Source: Candidatus Cloacimonadales bacterium (GTDB lineage: Bacteria; Cloacimonadota; Cloacimonadia; Cloacimonadales; JAFGVF01). From it: a stretch of 64,000 nucleotides of DNA. The DNA lies in assembly GCA_963662585.1 (NCBI GenBank), contig OY759729.1, forward strand, positions 2,560,001-2,624,000. The letters are read 5' to 3'. The translations under genes were made by a program, and so were the position numbers. Shown here piece by piece: positions 18,773-30,305 of the stretch; within the stretch, counting starts at the first letter, position 1; each line of letters begins with the position of its first letter. Below the pieces are notes generated by a model, which saw nothing but the letters and a program-made list of their open reading frames with translations, was not told the origin of the DNA and searched no databases.

Positions 18773-21349
18773 CTAGTTAATAAAAATATATTCTCCAGCT
18801 TGGTAATCAACAGTGATTTTATTATTTTGGGATACCTGGCCAGCGATTATTTTAGAGGCTAGTCTATTTTCAATTTCTTTTTGAATTATTCTCTTGAGTG
18901 GTCTAGCCCCGAAATGTGGGTCATAACCCTGTTCGGCAATCTTTTCAATAGTTGCTGGAGTGAAATCTAAAATTATTCTATGCTCGAACAATCTATTCTT
19001 TAGATTATTAAGATTTAGCTGAACAATTCTTTTAATTTCTTCTTGATTTAGTTTTTGGAAGACAATGATTTCATCTAATCTATTGATAAACTCAGGTTTA
19101 AAATATTGATGAAGAAGAGGGAAGATTTTGTCTTTTAATTCTTCATTATCACTATTTTTATCATCATAAATCATTTGCGCACCAATATTAGAAGTAAGAA
19201 TAATAATGCTATTCTTGAAATCAATAGTTCTACCTTGTCCATCTGTAAGCCTTCCATCATCAAAGATTTGCAAAAGAATATTAAAGACATCGCTATGAGC
19301 TTTTTCTATTTCGTCAAAGAGAATTACTGAGTAAGGTCTTCTCCGAACAGCTTCAGTAAGGTAGCCACCTTGGTCGTAGCCTACATATCCTGGAGGGGCA
19401 CCAATTAGACGAGCCACTGAGTGTTTCTCCATATATTCTGACATGTCAACCCTGATTATAGCCTTGTCTGTGTCGAAAAGAAAATCAGCTAATGTTTTGG
19501 CTAATTCTGTCTTACCTACACCAGTAGGGCCTAAGAAAAGGAAAGTTCCTATAGGTTTGTTTTGGTCTCCTATTCCAGATCGAGATCTTCTAATGGCATT
19601 GGAGAGGGCGGTTATTCCTTCTTTCTGTCCGATCACTCTTTTAGCAAGAATATCTTCCATTTGGAGAAGTTTAGACGATTCATTAGTCAGAAGTTTAGTA
19701 ACTGGAATATTTGTCCATTTAGCAACAACTTCGGCAATAATTTCTTCATCAACATTCTCTTTGAGAATTCTTTGATCAAGAGGGATTTCCATAAGCTTTT
19801 CTTTCTTTTCTTTCAGCTCAGCAATTTTATTAGGGAGATTTCCATATTTTAATTCAGCTGCCTTGTTGAGTTCTCCATTTCTTTCTGCTTTCTCAATATC
19901 ACTTTTGATTTGGTCAATCTGTTCTGAAGCAGTATTGATATTATTAAGCAATTCTTTCTCGTAGCTCCATTTAGCTTTTAAATTATTCTGGGTATCTTTA
20001 AAATTAGATATATCAACATCTATTTTCTGCTTTCTTTCTTTAGACAGTTCATCTTTATCTTTTTTCATAGAAAGCTTTTCAATTTCAAGTTGTTTAATCT
20101 TTCTGGCTAATTCATCCAACTCTACGGGCATGGAATCAATCTCCATTTTGAGTTGGGCACAAGCTTCATCAACTAAGTCTATCGCTTTATCTGGCAGGAA
20201 TCTATCAGTTATATAACGATTAGAAAGGTAGGCAGCAGATACCAGAGCACTGTCAGTAATCTGAACTCCGTGATGAATCTCATACTTATCCTTAATTCCA
20301 CGGAGAATGGATATTGTGTCTGCTTCAGTAGGCTCTTTTACTAAAACTGGTTGGAATCTCCTCTCTAAGGCAGGGTCTTTTTCAATATATTTTCTGTATT
20401 CATTGAGAGTTGTAGCTCCTACACAGTGCAAGGAACCACGAGCTAAAGCAGGTTTAAGCATATTAGAAGCATCCATTGAACCTTCAGATGCCCCTGCTCC
20501 TACAACAGTGTGAATCTCATCTATAAAGAGAATTAACTTACCTTCATTACTTTCAACTTCCTTTAAAACAGCTTTAAGTCTGTCCTCAAATTCACCCCGA
20601 TATTTGGCCCCAGCTATTAAAGAAGCCATATCTAACTCTAAAATCTCTTTATTCTTAAGATTTTCAGGTATGTCACTATCGATAATTCTCTTGGCTAATC
20701 CTTCAATAATAGCAGTTTTACCTACACCTGGTTCTCCAATTAAAACAGGGTTATTCTTTCTTCTTCTAGATAATATTTGGATGACTCTTCTTATCTCTTC
20801 ATCTCTACCGATAACAGGGTCTAATTTTCCATTCTTAGCTAATTTAGTAAGGTTACGGGTGTATTTTTCCAAAGCCTGATACTTTACTTCAGGGTTTTCG
20901 TCTGTAACTCTCTGATTACCTCGAACTTCTTTTAAAGCAAGTATTATAGCATCATAAGTAATTCCATACTTTTTTAATAATTGCTCACTTTTCTTACCTT
21001 TTAATATTAGAGCTAAGAAAAGATGTTCTACACTTACAAAATCATCTTGAAGCTTCTTTGCTTGCTGTTCAGCTTCAGTGAAGATATCATTTAATTCTCT
21101 TGAGAGATAGTTTTGAGTCTGACCTTGAATCTTAGGTAATTTATTCAGCTCATTATCCGCATCTCTAATTAATTCCCTGAGAGGGATGTTAATTTTTTGT
21201 AATAGAGGAATGGCGATACTTTCTTCAGTCTTTAAAAGACTATTAAGAAGATGTATTTCATTAATCTCTTGGTGGGAATATTCATTAGCTAATCCAGAAA
21301 GATTATTAACGACTTCCCGTGATTTGATAGTATATTTTTCAAAATTCAT
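18773..21349 (-). CDS. clpB: ATP-dependent chaperone ClpB
   Basis: Two AAA modules ([16 protein letters not shown]), long middle coiled coil, GARPL. Confidence 0.98.
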   Translation of the reverse strand: MNFEKYTIKSREVVNNLSGLANEYSHQEINEIHLLNSLLKTEESIAIPLLQKINIPLRELIRDADNELNKLPKIQGQTQNYLSRELNDIFTEAEQQAKKLQDDFVSVEHLFLALILKGKKSEQLLKKYGITYDAIILALKEVRGNQRVTDENPEVKYQALEKYTRNLTKLAKNGKLDPVIGRDEEIRRVIQILSRRRKNNPVLIGEPGVGKTAIIEGLAKRIIDSDIPENLKNKEILELDMASLIAGAKYRGEFEDRLKAVLKEVESNEGKLILFIDEIHTVVGAGASEGSMDASNMLKPALARGSLHCVGATTLNEYRKYIEKDPALERRFQPVLVKEPTEADTISILRGIKDKYEIHHGVQITDSALVSAAYLSNRYITDRFLPDKAIDLVDEACAQLKMEIDSMPVELDELARKIKQLEIEKLSMKKDKDELSKERKQKIDVDISNFKDTQNNLKAKWSYEKELLNNINTASEQIDQIKSDIEKAERNGELNKAAELKYGNLPNKIAELKEKKEKLMEIPLDQRILKENVDEEIIAEVVAKWTNIPVTKLLTNESSKLLQMEDILAKRVIGQKEGITALSNAIRRSRSGIGDQNKPIGTFLFLGPTGVGKTELAKTLADFLFDTDKAIIRVDMSEYMEKHSVARLIGAPPGYVGYDQGGYLTEAVRRRPYSVILFDEIEKAHSDVFNILLQIFDDGRLTDGQGRTIDFKNSIIILTSNIGAQMIYDDKNSDNEELKDKIFPLLHQYFKPEFINRLDEIIVFQKLNQEEIKRIVQLNLNNLKNRLFEHRIILDFTPATIEKIAEQGYDPHFGARPLKRIIQKEIENRLASKIIAGQVSQNNKITVDYQAGEYIFIN

Positions 21350-21378
21350 ATTCTCCTCCTAAAAAGATATTTGTACAC

Positions 21379-21441
21379 AATATAATCTATAAAGGAAACT
21401 TGGCAAGTAATTTTTTAGCAGAGTAGTGAAACGATTGCTAA
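21379..21441 (-). promoter_or_regulatory. clpB sigma70-type promoter with adjacent CIRCE-like (HrcA) operator
   Basis: Minus strand TTAGCAATC-N9-CTCTGCTAA at 21441-21415 (consensus TTAGCACTC-N9-GAGTGCTAA), then TTGCCA-N16-TATATT. Confidence 0.7.
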
Positions 21442-21461
21442 AAAAAAACTATAAATTGTGG

Positions 21462-22016
21462 GAACACTCCCTATTATATGCTATCCCTCTGGGATTTAAG
21501 AGGTTTAGTTTCAAGTGCTTGCTAGCTATTTAGTATATATCGCCCCTCCAGGGCTATCTTCTCGTAGAGACCATTAGGAGTGTCTTGCGAACACTCCCTA
21601 TTATATGCTATCACTCTGGGATGTAAGAGGTTTAGTTTCAAGTGCTTGCTAACTATTTAGTATATGTCGCCCTTCCAGGGCTATCTTCTCGTAGAGACCA
21701 TTAGGAGTGTCTTGCGAACACTCCCTATTATATGCTATCCCTCTGGGATTTAAGAGGTTTAGTTTCAAGTGCTTGCTAGCTATTTAGTATATATCGCCCC
21801 TCCAGGGCTATCTTCTCGTAGAGAACTCTAGGAGTGTCTTGCGAACACTCCCTATTATATGTTATCCCTCTGGGATTTAAGAGGTTTAGTTTTAAGTGTT
21901 TGCTAGCTATTTAGTATATATCGCTCCTCCAGGGCTATCTTCTCGTAGAGATCACTAGGAGTGTCTTGCGAAAACTCCCTTTTATATTGTATGCTATCCC
22001 TTCGGGATTTAAGAGG
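21462..22016 (-). repeat. third array of the 127 bp three-hairpin unit (1 partial + 4 full), no transposase
   Basis: Near-identical to 18161-18511 including the linker; copies near 21534, 21661, 21788 and 21915. Confidence 0.97.
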
Positions 22017-22024
22017 TTTCTCAA

Positions 22025-22048
22025 GAGGCGTATGCAATATGCCCCTAC
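22025..22048 (-). repeat. GTAG-type REP
   Basis: Minus strand GTAG-GGGCATA-TTGCA-TACGCCT. Confidence 0.65.
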
Positions 22049-22158
22049 ATTTATAAAACTCTTATTTTGTGTCTTTGTGTCTTTGTGGTGAAAAAAAAAG
22101 CCCTGCAAGCAGGGCTAAATTTGTCAATCCGCGTTTTTAAATAAAATTACATCTCTAT

Positions 22159-23352
22159 TTACATCTCCCAAAGAGTAGTAATTCCCATTCCGCCACCGAT
22201 ACAAAGGGAGGCTAGACCCTTTTTATTGCCTCTTTTCTTCATTTCATGGAGAAGAGTAACAATGATTCTAGCACCTGAGCATCCGATTGGATGACCGATA
22301 GCAATTGCTCCACCATTAACATTGGTTTTTTCTGTATCAACAATAATTCCATCTTCTGCTAAACCTTTAATAACAGATAGAGATTGTGCAGCAAAAGCTT
22401 CATTTAATTCTAATAACTCAATATCTTTCATATCCCATTCTGCTTTTGCTAGAGCTTTTTTAATAGCAGGAACAGGACCATAACCCATAATTGAAGGATC
22501 CACACCACCAGAAGCATAATTAACTAAAGTTGCAAGTGGTTCATAACCTAATTCTTTAGCTTTTTCTTCACTCATAAGAACTAAGATAGCAGCACCATCG
22601 TTGATTCCTGATGAGTTGGCAGCTGTAACAGAACCATCTTTTTTAAAGGCTGGTCTGAGTTTAGCTAAACTCTCTTTAGTTACACCAGCTCTAGGAAATT
22701 CGTCAGTAGCTACAGCAAGAGGATCTTTTCTGCGCTGAGGAACCATAATTGGAACTATCTCATCGTTAAATCTACCACTATTCATTGCTTGTTCAGCTCT
22801 ATTTTGTGATTGAGCAGCAAAGGCGTCTTGCTCTTCTCTGCTAATATTCCACTGGTCTACTAAATTTTCAGCAGTGAGTCCCATGTGATAACCATTAAAG
22901 ATATCATATAAGCCATCATGAACCATAATATCTACAATAGATTTATCGCCCATGCGTGCACCCCAACGGGCATCTTTCATAATATAAGGAATTTGACTCA
23001 TGTTCTCTGTTCCACCAGCTATCACAATATCTGCTTCACCAAGTGCTATCATGGCAGAAGCAAGAGTAACACTCTTCATTCCTGAGCCACAAACTTTATT
23101 AATAGTATAAGCAGGTACTGTATTAGGAATACCAGCGTTTATTGATACCTGGCGTGCGACATTCTGACCTAAGCCAGCACCAATGACATTACCAAGAATA
23201 ACTTCATCAATCTTGGCAGGATCTAAGTTGAGTTCTTCAAGCAGATTTTTTAAAACCTGAACTCCGAGCTCAACAGCTGATACATCTTTAAATTGACCAC
23301 CAAAGCTACCAACAGCACTACGCTTAGCAGCTACGACAACTGTCTTTTTCAT
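22159..23352 (-). CDS. acetyl-CoA C-acetyltransferase (thiolase)
   Basis: [34 protein letters not shown]. Confidence 0.97.
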   Translation of the reverse strand: MKKTVVVAAKRSAVGSFGGQFKDVSAVELGVQVLKNLLEELNLDPAKIDEVILGNVIGAGLGQNVARQVSINAGIPNTVPAYTINKVCGSGMKSVTLASAMIALGEADIVIAGGTENMSQIPYIMKDARWGARMGDKSIVDIMVHDGLYDIFNGYHMGLTAENLVDQWNISREEQDAFAAQSQNRAEQAMNSGRFNDEIVPIMVPQRRKDPLAVATDEFPRAGVTKESLAKLRPAFKKDGSVTAANSSGINDGAAILVLMSEEKAKELGYEPLATLVNYASGGVDPSIMGYGPVPAIKKALAKAEWDMKDIELLELNEAFAAQSLSVIKGLAEDGIIVDTEKTNVNGGAIAIGHPIGCSGARIIVTLLHEMKKRGNKKGLASLCIGGGMGITTLWEM

Positions 23353-23374
23353 AAATCACCTCTTATTAGTTTTT

Positions 23375-24271
23375 TTATTTCTCTTCTTGTTTAATTTCTT
23401 TTATCATCTTCTTAAGGTCAGATTCATCATAGATATAAGTCTCATTACAAAAATGGCAATTCGCTTCTAATTTACCTTCATTAGCTAATGCTTCAGCGAT
23501 TTCTTGATCTCCAAGGAGTTTGACACCATTCCAGAATTTCATTTTACTGCAATCACAGGAGAAAGAAGGTTCCATTTCATCAGTAACTGTAAAATCAAAA
23601 CCCTTAAGAACAAAGTCTCTGACTATGGTCTCGATATCTTTACCCATATCTAATAAATCTGATATATTCGGCATTTTATTAACATTTTCCTCTAGCTTAC
23701 TGATTACTTCTTCAGTAGCAAAAGGCATTAACTGAACAATAAATCCACCTGAACTATTTACTGATGCATCTGGATTTACCAATATTCCTAAAGCAACAGC
23801 TGATGGCAACTGCTCAGATTGTAGAAAGTAGTAGGCTAAATCATCTGCAATCTCACCAGATATTAGTTCTGTCTGACCAGAAAAAGGCTGTCTGACATTT
23901 AAATCTTTAATGATAGTCATGGTTCCGCTTCCGACAGCTTTAGCAATGCTTAATCCATACAAGGTGGACTCAGCTTCTAGTTCTACACCTGGTTCTTTCA
24001 CATAGCCTTTAATTTTTCCCTTATTGCTGCTAACTACGGTAGCGCCTTGAAGGGGACCATCAGAATCTACTTTTAAAGTTACTGATGATTTTTCATCCTT
24101 TAAATCCATTCCTAACATTATACCTGCCGAGAGCATTCTCCCTAAGAAGATAGTAGAAGTTATGGAAAGGAAATGTGATTGCAGAGCAGTTTGAACAGTT
24201 TGGGTAGAATTTACAGCAAAAAACCGTATCTGTTTGTCAGCTGCAATACCTCTAATAGCTTTATCTTTCAT
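23375..24271 (-). CDS. hslO: redox-regulated chaperone Hsp33
   Basis: YFLQSEQLPS, GGFIVQLMP, C-terminal CDC...CHFC zinc motif. Confidence 0.95.
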   Translation of the reverse strand: MKDKAIRGIAADKQIRFFAVNSTQTVQTALQSHFLSITSTIFLGRMLSAGIMLGMDLKDEKSSVTLKVDSDGPLQGATVVSSNKGKIKGYVKEPGVELEAESTLYGLSIAKAVGSGTMTIIKDLNVRQPFSGQTELISGEIADDLAYYFLQSEQLPSAVALGILVNPDASVNSSGGFIVQLMPFATEEVISKLEENVNKMPNISDLLDMGKDIETIVRDFVLKGFDFTVTDEMEPSFSCDCSKMKFWNGVKLLGDQEIAEALANEGKLEANCHFCNETYIYDESDLKKMIKEIKQEEK

Positions 24272-24413
24272 GTAAATTTTACCTCACAATAAATTTAATC
24301 CTAATAAAATGATTTTCTTAGATATGTCAATAAAAAAGGCATACTAAATTTTATTCTTGACACAATACCAGAGAGTTTGAAATTTGCAACAAAATATTAG
24401 CAGGAGACTTAAA

Positions 24414-24794
24414 ATGGAATTTTCAAAAGAACTATATTACACTGAGTCCCACGAATGGGTTAAAGTAGTCGGCAAAGAAGCATTTATCGGTATTACAGAA
24501 TTTGCTGCTCATGAGTTAGGTGACATCGTGTATGTTGAACTTCCACAAGTAGGAGATGAAGTTGAAGCTGGTGAATCAATAGGTTCTATCGAAGCTGTTA
24601 AAGCAGTTGAAGATATCAACTCTCCAGTATCAGGCGAAGTTATAGAAGTTAATGAAGAGTTAGAAGATTCTCCAGACTTAATTAACAAATCACCTTATGA
24701 AGATGGTTGGATTTATAAAGTAATTTTAGAAGATGAAGAATCTGTTAAAAATCTTTTAAGCGCACAAGAATACGCTAAATTAATCGAAAACTAA
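24414..24794 (+). CDS. gcvH: glycine cleavage system H protein
   Basis: YTESHEW, IEAVKAV lipoyl-Lys, SPYEDGW; ATG at 24414 after AGGAG. Confidence 0.96.
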   Translation: MEFSKELYYTESHEWVKVVGKEAFIGITEFAAHELGDIVYVELPQVGDEVEAGESIGSIEAVKAVEDINSPVSGEVIEVNEELEDSPDLINKSPYEDGWIYKVILEDEESVKNLLSAQEYAKLIEN

Positions 24795-24932
24795 TAAATT
24801 ATCTATAGAGACTGTAGCATAATTATCGTGAAATTAACTTTTAGAAGTCAGAATTAAAAACTGGTCTTTTTAGATGTTAATGAATAGATTATCTTACAGC
24901 CTCTATTTTTTTTAAAAAAAAGTAATAAAAAA

Positions 24933-25565
24933 ATGAGTATATCCCATATATCAGAAAATCCTTTCTTAATAGTTATCTCAGCTCCTTCTGGAGGAGGTAA
25001 ATCTACTATTCTTGAGCGCGTTTTGAATGATTTTAATAACATTCGTTACTCAATCTCTTCTACTACTCGTAAACCTCGTGGTGAAGAAAAAGATGGTGTG
25101 GATTACTTCTTCTTAGATAATGATGAGTTTGAAGCAAAAATAGCTGAAAATGAGTTTTTAGAGTACGCAAATGTTTTTGGAAATTATTATGGAACTTCCG
25201 CTAAATTTATTCAATCATGCTTTGACCAAGGTCAATTCGTGATAATGGATATTGATGTCCAAGGGTGTTTGAAATTGGAACGAACAGATTGTCCTTTGGT
25301 TAAGATTTTTCTCCTACCTCCTAATGCTCAAGAATTAGAATCTAGGTTGAGAAAGCGAGGAACAGATTCTAATGAAGTTATAGAGAAAAGATTAGCTACT
25401 GCTCGACAAGAATTAGAACTAATAGATCACTACGATTACTTAGTAGTAAATGATGATTTAGAAAAAGCTGTATATGCTGTGAAAAATATTATTTGGGCAG
25501 AAATGCACAAAGTCGCGCGTTATAATGATATTTATCACTCTTTCTATAATAACATTGACAAATAA
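24933..25565 (+). CDS. gmk: guanylate kinase
   Basis: SAPSGGGKST, TTRKPRGEE.DGVDY, GNYYGT, DIDVQG. Confidence 0.97.
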   Translation: MSISHISENPFLIVISAPSGGGKSTILERVLNDFNNIRYSISSTTRKPRGEEKDGVDYFFLDNDEFEAKIAENEFLEYANVFGNYYGTSAKFIQSCFDQGQFVIMDIDVQGCLKLERTDCPLVKIFLLPPNAQELESRLRKRGTDSNEVIEKRLATARQELELIDHYDYLVVNDDLEKAVYAVKNIIWAEMHKVARYNDIYHSFYNNIDK

Positions 25566-25616
25566 CAAGCTCAATATATTATTGATTATGAATATAAAAA
25601 AGGATAGGAAATAATT

Positions 25617-25913
25617 ATGATAAATCCGGAAATTGAAAAATTCCTTGAGAAAAGTGACATGTCTTACATGTTCTGCTTATTAGCAAATAAAGAGATTGAA
25701 AGAATTAATAAACTTCCTCAATCAATTAAAGATGCGTTTAAAAAAACTATCACTGAAGAAGCTTTAGAACATATTGCTAAAAACTATATCCCAGATTATA
25801 TGTTTGAAAGTAACGAAGCTATGATTGAAAAAAGAGACGAAGAATTTGATATGAATTATGATGATGATGAAGATGATGATTTTAAAAGCTTAATGGGCAT
25901 TTCAGAAGAATAA
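25617..25913 (+). CDS. rpoZ: probable RNA polymerase omega subunit (divergent, acidic tail)
   Basis: Directly after gmk; MINPEIEKFLEK...Y...LANK...ITEEALEHI resembles omega. Confidence 0.6.
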   Translation: MINPEIEKFLEKSDMSYMFCLLANKEIERINKLPQSIKDAFKKTITEEALEHIAKNYIPDYMFESNEAMIEKRDEEFDMNYDDDEDDDFKSLMGISEE

Positions 25914-25960
25914 AAAATATATTTAGCTATCTCTAAAATAGGGATAGCTTCTTTTTTTAT

Positions 25961-26647
25961 ATGAAAAGTTATAACTTAGAACTACTAAAAATATCTGGTC
26001 TAGATTTTATCTTTAAAAAAAATCTTAAAGAATCAGCACTCTCTAACAATAATTTAGACAACTCTTCAAGTAATTTTCTAGCAGAGACTCAAGTATCCTT
26101 AGATATTCTAAAACTTAAATATAGTAGCTGTCAAAAATGCCCTCTTCACCAAAGAAGAAATCATTTAGTTTATGGTGATGGTAATCCTAAAGCTCAGATT
26201 ATGATTATCGGAGAAGGACCTGGAGCTGAGGAAGATAAGAGTGGTAATGTCTTTGTAGGTCCTGCAGGAGAACTACTTACCAAAATGCTACAGGCTATTA
26301 ATATTAATAGAGAAGATATTTATATCACTAATATAGTGAAATGCCGTCCTCCCCAAAATAGAGATCCTTTCCCTGCTGAAAAAGAGGCCTGCTTACCTTA
26401 TCTTATGGAACAAATCTCTATAATTAAACCTAAAATATTAATTCTCCTTGGAAGAGTAGCTGCCAATACACTCTTAGCTCATGATAAAGAAGCTAGCTTA
26501 GACTCTTATCGTAATAAAGAGTACTACTTTCGGAATATTAGAACTTTCGTTACCTATCATCCAGCAGCCTTACTTCATAATGCTAGTTATAAACTTCCTG
26601 CTTGGCATGACTTGCAATATATTCAACACTATCTGGAAAATAATTAA
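25961..26647 (+). CDS. family 4 uracil-DNA glycosylase
   Basis: CQKCPL, GEGPG, TNIVKCRPP.NRDP, TYHPAALL. Confidence 0.93.
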   Translation: MKSYNLELLKISGLDFIFKKNLKESALSNNNLDNSSSNFLAETQVSLDILKLKYSSCQKCPLHQRRNHLVYGDGNPKAQIMIIGEGPGAEEDKSGNVFVGPAGELLTKMLQAININREDIYITNIVKCRPPQNRDPFPAEKEACLPYLMEQISIIKPKILILLGRVAANTLLAHDKEASLDSYRNKEYYFRNIRTFVTYHPAALLHNASYKLPAWHDLQYIQHYLENN

Positions 26648-26670
26648 GAGCTATTTGCAACACCTCCTAA

Positions 26671-26990
26671 CTGGGAATGCGGGATTCCGGCCCGCACCAG
26701 GCACATGTGCCTGGGGAATCTATTAGTCCAGCACTTCTGTGCTGTAGGCAGTGTAGATGGAAGTTTAAACTGGTACACGGGCTGGAATCCCGTCTTCCCA
26801 GAAGATTCTGGAAAACAAGCTTTTCCATCTGTAGGTAGGGACGCCTACAGTCCATAGGAGACTTCTTCAGTCGGACGGTGGAGATTCTCTCCGCCTCATT
26901 GTGGTAACAATGTTAATTAATCTTAAATCCCGTTGGGATTTTGAGGGTTTGCACCCCTTGCTGACAAATGGCATCCAGCTGGGATTTTTA
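26671..26990. repeat. cluster of mixed REP-like hairpins
   Basis: GGGAA-TGCGGG..CCCGCA (26671) with an inverted partner (26770-26802), TGTAGG..CCTACA (26830-26855), GTCGGAC family (26870), ATCCC-GTT-GGGAT ... ATCC-AGCTG-GGAT (26927-26985). Confidence 0.7.
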
Positions 26991-27147
26991 GAAACACCCT
27001 GTTGTCCCCCTCATGGATGGGGATTTTTAGAAACACCCCCTTTGTCCCCCTCATGGATGGGGATTTTAATGAATACCCCCTGTGTCCCTCTCATGGATGG
27101 GGATTTAATGAATACCCCCTGTGTCCCTCTCGCTAATGGGGATTTTA
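26991..27147 (+). repeat. four 39-40 bp tandem units
   Basis: GAA(A/T)(C)ACCCC(C)T.TGTCCC.CTCATGGATGGGGATTT repeated four times (last copy diverged). Confidence 0.9.
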
Positions 27148-27255
27148 ATAAAGAAAAGCCCCGCATTGCAGGGCTATAATATTTGTATTTATGGAAGACT
27201 TCCCAGTTAAGATGCCTTCAAGATGAAGGTTCTCCCAGTGGGTGCTCCCAGTTTT

Positions 27256-29949
27256 TTATTTCATCAAGACCATTTTACCAGTTTTTCTATCATTACCAAT
27301 TTGTAGTTTAAGATAATAAACTCCTGAAGCTACGCTTCTTCCTTTACTATCATCACCTTTCCAAGTATATTTATACTTATCACTCTTAAGTCTCTCATTA
27401 ACAATTTCTTTTACCATCTGACCCTTGAGATTATAGATTCTAGCTATTACTTGTTGAGAATCACCTTTACTACTTTTTCCTACTGAGAAGGAGATAGTTG
27501 TCTCAGGGTTGAAAGGATTAGGATAATTTCCTGTATAGTCATTTACTAAGAGAGATATATCATTTTCATTTGAAACAACCTGTGTGGTAACAAATTGACT
27601 AATTACAGACCAGCCAGAATTACCAAAGTTGTTATGAGCTTTTACTCTCCAGTAGTAGCGAGTTAAAGGATCTAACTCAGGAATAATATAAGATGCTGTT
27701 TCAATATCTGTTATTTCTATCAAATCACTATAAAAATAAACATTTTTACATACTTGCAAAGAATAATATTGAGCAGCAAACACATTCTCCCATTCAAACT
27801 CAACTTCTTCATAATCAACATAGACAGCATTATTAGCTGGTAATTGAGGATTAGTATTATTAGGAACTGTAGTGAATTGACCAGTGGTGAAACTGAATGT
27901 TTCTGAGAAATCACTGGAGAGTGAACCATTAATAGCTTTGACTTTCCAATAATATGTTGTAAATGCGTTTAAACTTGGAGTTTCAAATTCATTGCTTTCG
28001 TTAGTATCATTAAAGAAGATATCTTCAAAACTACTATCTGTAGCTAATGATAATTCATAAGCTGTTGCTCCCATTATAGGTGACCAAGATATGATTGGGT
28101 CAGTATCTACTTCGGTAGCATTGTTTTCAGGATAGACCAACTGAGGTGTTGCTAAGTAAGAGATAACTGTAAGAGGTTTATTAATAATATCAAATTTACC
28201 TGTAGCTAACTCTGTTACTTTCAAATATACGGATTCAGAATTAATTTCTGGTATTTCCCAGTTATAACTTCCGGAATTAGCATTTACTTGAGCTATCTCA
28301 AGCCAGTTCTCACCATTATCAATGCTGAACTCAAGTGCTATATCAGTTACAGAGTTTTTTCTGATCCAAGTAATATTGTTTTCACCACCAGAGATTAAAG
28401 ATTCTCCATTAATCAAGGAAGTTAAATAGATATTAGAAATATCAACTTTAAAAGTAATTGAATCTTGCTCAACAACAATGTCATAGATATCTACACCAGT
28501 ATAGTTACCATTAGTACCTGTTGCTGGTGGGATAGTGTTTTGTCCGAAACTATTATTATTACCGTTAAAAGGAGCCATGGAAAGTTGCCCACCACCATTA
28601 GAATTTCCGTAAGGACGATAGATATAAACTTCATCTGGAGGGCCACCGGCGTTTCCTTCACCAGCATATGAATTATTAATCTTGTAGGTTAAAAGACCTT
28701 CGCTTGGAAGTCCTGATTCAAAGAGTGGATCTATTCTTCTATACTCTAAATAGATATCTTCTGCATAATTCCATGATTGGATTTTATACACTTGATTCTC
28801 GGAAGATGAAACAGGGTAGAGTGAATAAGTTCCGCTCTCCTCAATCTTAGGAATTTCAGGCATCCAATTGGTATAAAAATACTTCATATAAGAGTTCATG
28901 TGTTGAGGAGGATTAGTGTTATTAGCCATTAAATCCCAGATTCCTACAGGGTCGCCATCTGAGTTATATCTGTATAGGTCTGGAGCACCAAGTGAATGAT
29001 ATAACTCATGACACATGACACTAGTACCGCTACTGTTTAAATGCGTCTCTATCTGGAAATTAAAGTCCCATACTTGGTGACCATGAATATAAGCTTCAGC
29101 ATAATAGAGTGACCAACGATGAGGCCAAAGAAGTGACGCCCAATTGTTTGGACTTCCTTTAACTATATAGATGACATTATCTACATAACCATCATTATCA
29201 CCATCAATAGGTAAGTCTTCTGGTATCATAGATTCTACAAATTCAGCTGCATTAGCTAAAAGTGTATGTTCGCGGTATCCTCTTTCTTCACCAGAATCAC
29301 CACCTTGATATCCGATAGGATTGGCTGCTGAATAGGCTTCATAGTAACCTCTAGGATTTGGATCTTCATAAGCTACAATTGTATTTTCAGGTGAGACAGG
29401 TGGAAAGAATTCCCCAGAGACATCTAGTTGGCCATAAGAGACTTCATGATAGTAGTTTCTTACAGAATTAGCATCTAAAGACTGATCATTTAACATATCA
29501 TCATAAAGAGAGATATCTGTGCTAAAATCACTATCACCTTGGAATTTTATAAATATTACAAGATTGACTAATGAACCTACTGAAGGGGTTCTTTCTTCTA
29601 CTCTAGGATTGTTAGCGTAAAATTCATCTCTTTTGGCTTTCCATTCTTTAGCATCGATATTAATATTAGGAAGAAGTCCTTTACTTGCCGGTAATGTCTC
29701 TCCGGCTCTATATGCTGTAGAAATAATTTCATTACCTAATTTATCAGCATAGACATAATATCCTGCTTGGTCACGGGTAATAGTATATCCTTCCTTATCA
29801 TGGAACCAGTGATGGAATTCATCTCCAGAAGCATAAAGAGAAATCATCTTGCCATCAGGTTGTTGAACTTCCATTGGGACATCTTTTACATAAGCACTAA
29901 ACAACATAACTGGTAATAATACCAATATTAAAAAAATAAGTCGTCTCAT
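27256..29949 (-). CDS. secreted M6 (immune inhibitor A-like) metalloprotease with Ig/FN3-like domains and FlgD-like/T9SS-type C-terminal domain
   Basis: Signal peptide, LWPHRW, HELYHSLGAPDLY, WDLMA, YYWKVKA/YYWRVKA, NYPNPFNP...GKMVLMK. Confidence 0.92.
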   Translation of the reverse strand: MRRLIFLILVLLPVMLFSAYVKDVPMEVQQPDGKMISLYASGDEFHHWFHDKEGYTITRDQAGYYVYADKLGNEIISTAYRAGETLPASKGLLPNINIDAKEWKAKRDEFYANNPRVEERTPSVGSLVNLVIFIKFQGDSDFSTDISLYDDMLNDQSLDANSVRNYYHEVSYGQLDVSGEFFPPVSPENTIVAYEDPNPRGYYEAYSAANPIGYQGGDSGEERGYREHTLLANAAEFVESMIPEDLPIDGDNDGYVDNVIYIVKGSPNNWASLLWPHRWSLYYAEAYIHGHQVWDFNFQIETHLNSSGTSVMCHELYHSLGAPDLYRYNSDGDPVGIWDLMANNTNPPQHMNSYMKYFYTNWMPEIPKIEESGTYSLYPVSSSENQVYKIQSWNYAEDIYLEYRRIDPLFESGLPSEGLLTYKINNSYAGEGNAGGPPDEVYIYRPYGNSNGGGQLSMAPFNGNNNSFGQNTIPPATGTNGNYTGVDIYDIVVEQDSITFKVDISNIYLTSLINGESLISGGENNITWIRKNSVTDIALEFSIDNGENWLEIAQVNANSGSYNWEIPEINSESVYLKVTELATGKFDIINKPLTVISYLATPQLVYPENNATEVDTDPIISWSPIMGATAYELSLATDSSFEDIFFNDTNESNEFETPSLNAFTTYYWKVKAINGSLSSDFSETFSFTTGQFTTVPNNTNPQLPANNAVYVDYEEVEFEWENVFAAQYYSLQVCKNVYFYSDLIEITDIETASYIIPELDPLTRYYWRVKAHNNFGNSGWSVISQFVTTQVVSNENDISLLVNDYTGNYPNPFNPETTISFSVGKSSKGDSQQVIARIYNLKGQMVKEIVNERLKSDKYKYTWKGDDSKGRSVASGVYYLKLQIGNDRKTGKMVLMK

Positions 29950-30305
29950 ATATCCTCACAATTTTTATTTATATATCCTTTAATAATATATTAATATAAA
30001 TCAATAATTATGTCAAATTAAATTACTCAAAAGCACATTAACTTAAACAAATGACACTATTTAGAACTTAAAATACATATATATATAGATAAGAGAAAAA
30101 AAAACTTGTTTTTTTGAAAGAAAAAGTTCATTTAAAAATGGAAGTAAGTAACTTTGTTCAAGGGCAGTGTCTTTGAATAAAGTGATATATAATATGTGAA
30201 TAAAATGACATTTTATATAAAATCTGCTTTTTATATTGACAGAAAATCAAGATCTACTTGTATAAAAAAAAGGTCTGATAACTTACAAGTTAGAAGGAGA
30301 TAGTT

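Noticed and set aside
22066..22092. TTTGTGTCTTTGTGTCTTTGTGG short repeat as a separate element
   Set aside because: Only about 3 octamer units and one occurrence in the window; too little to support a call.
26667..27179. 62-aa and 92-aa ORFs
   Set aside because: They run through GC-rich hairpin and tandem repeats and have no protein-like features.
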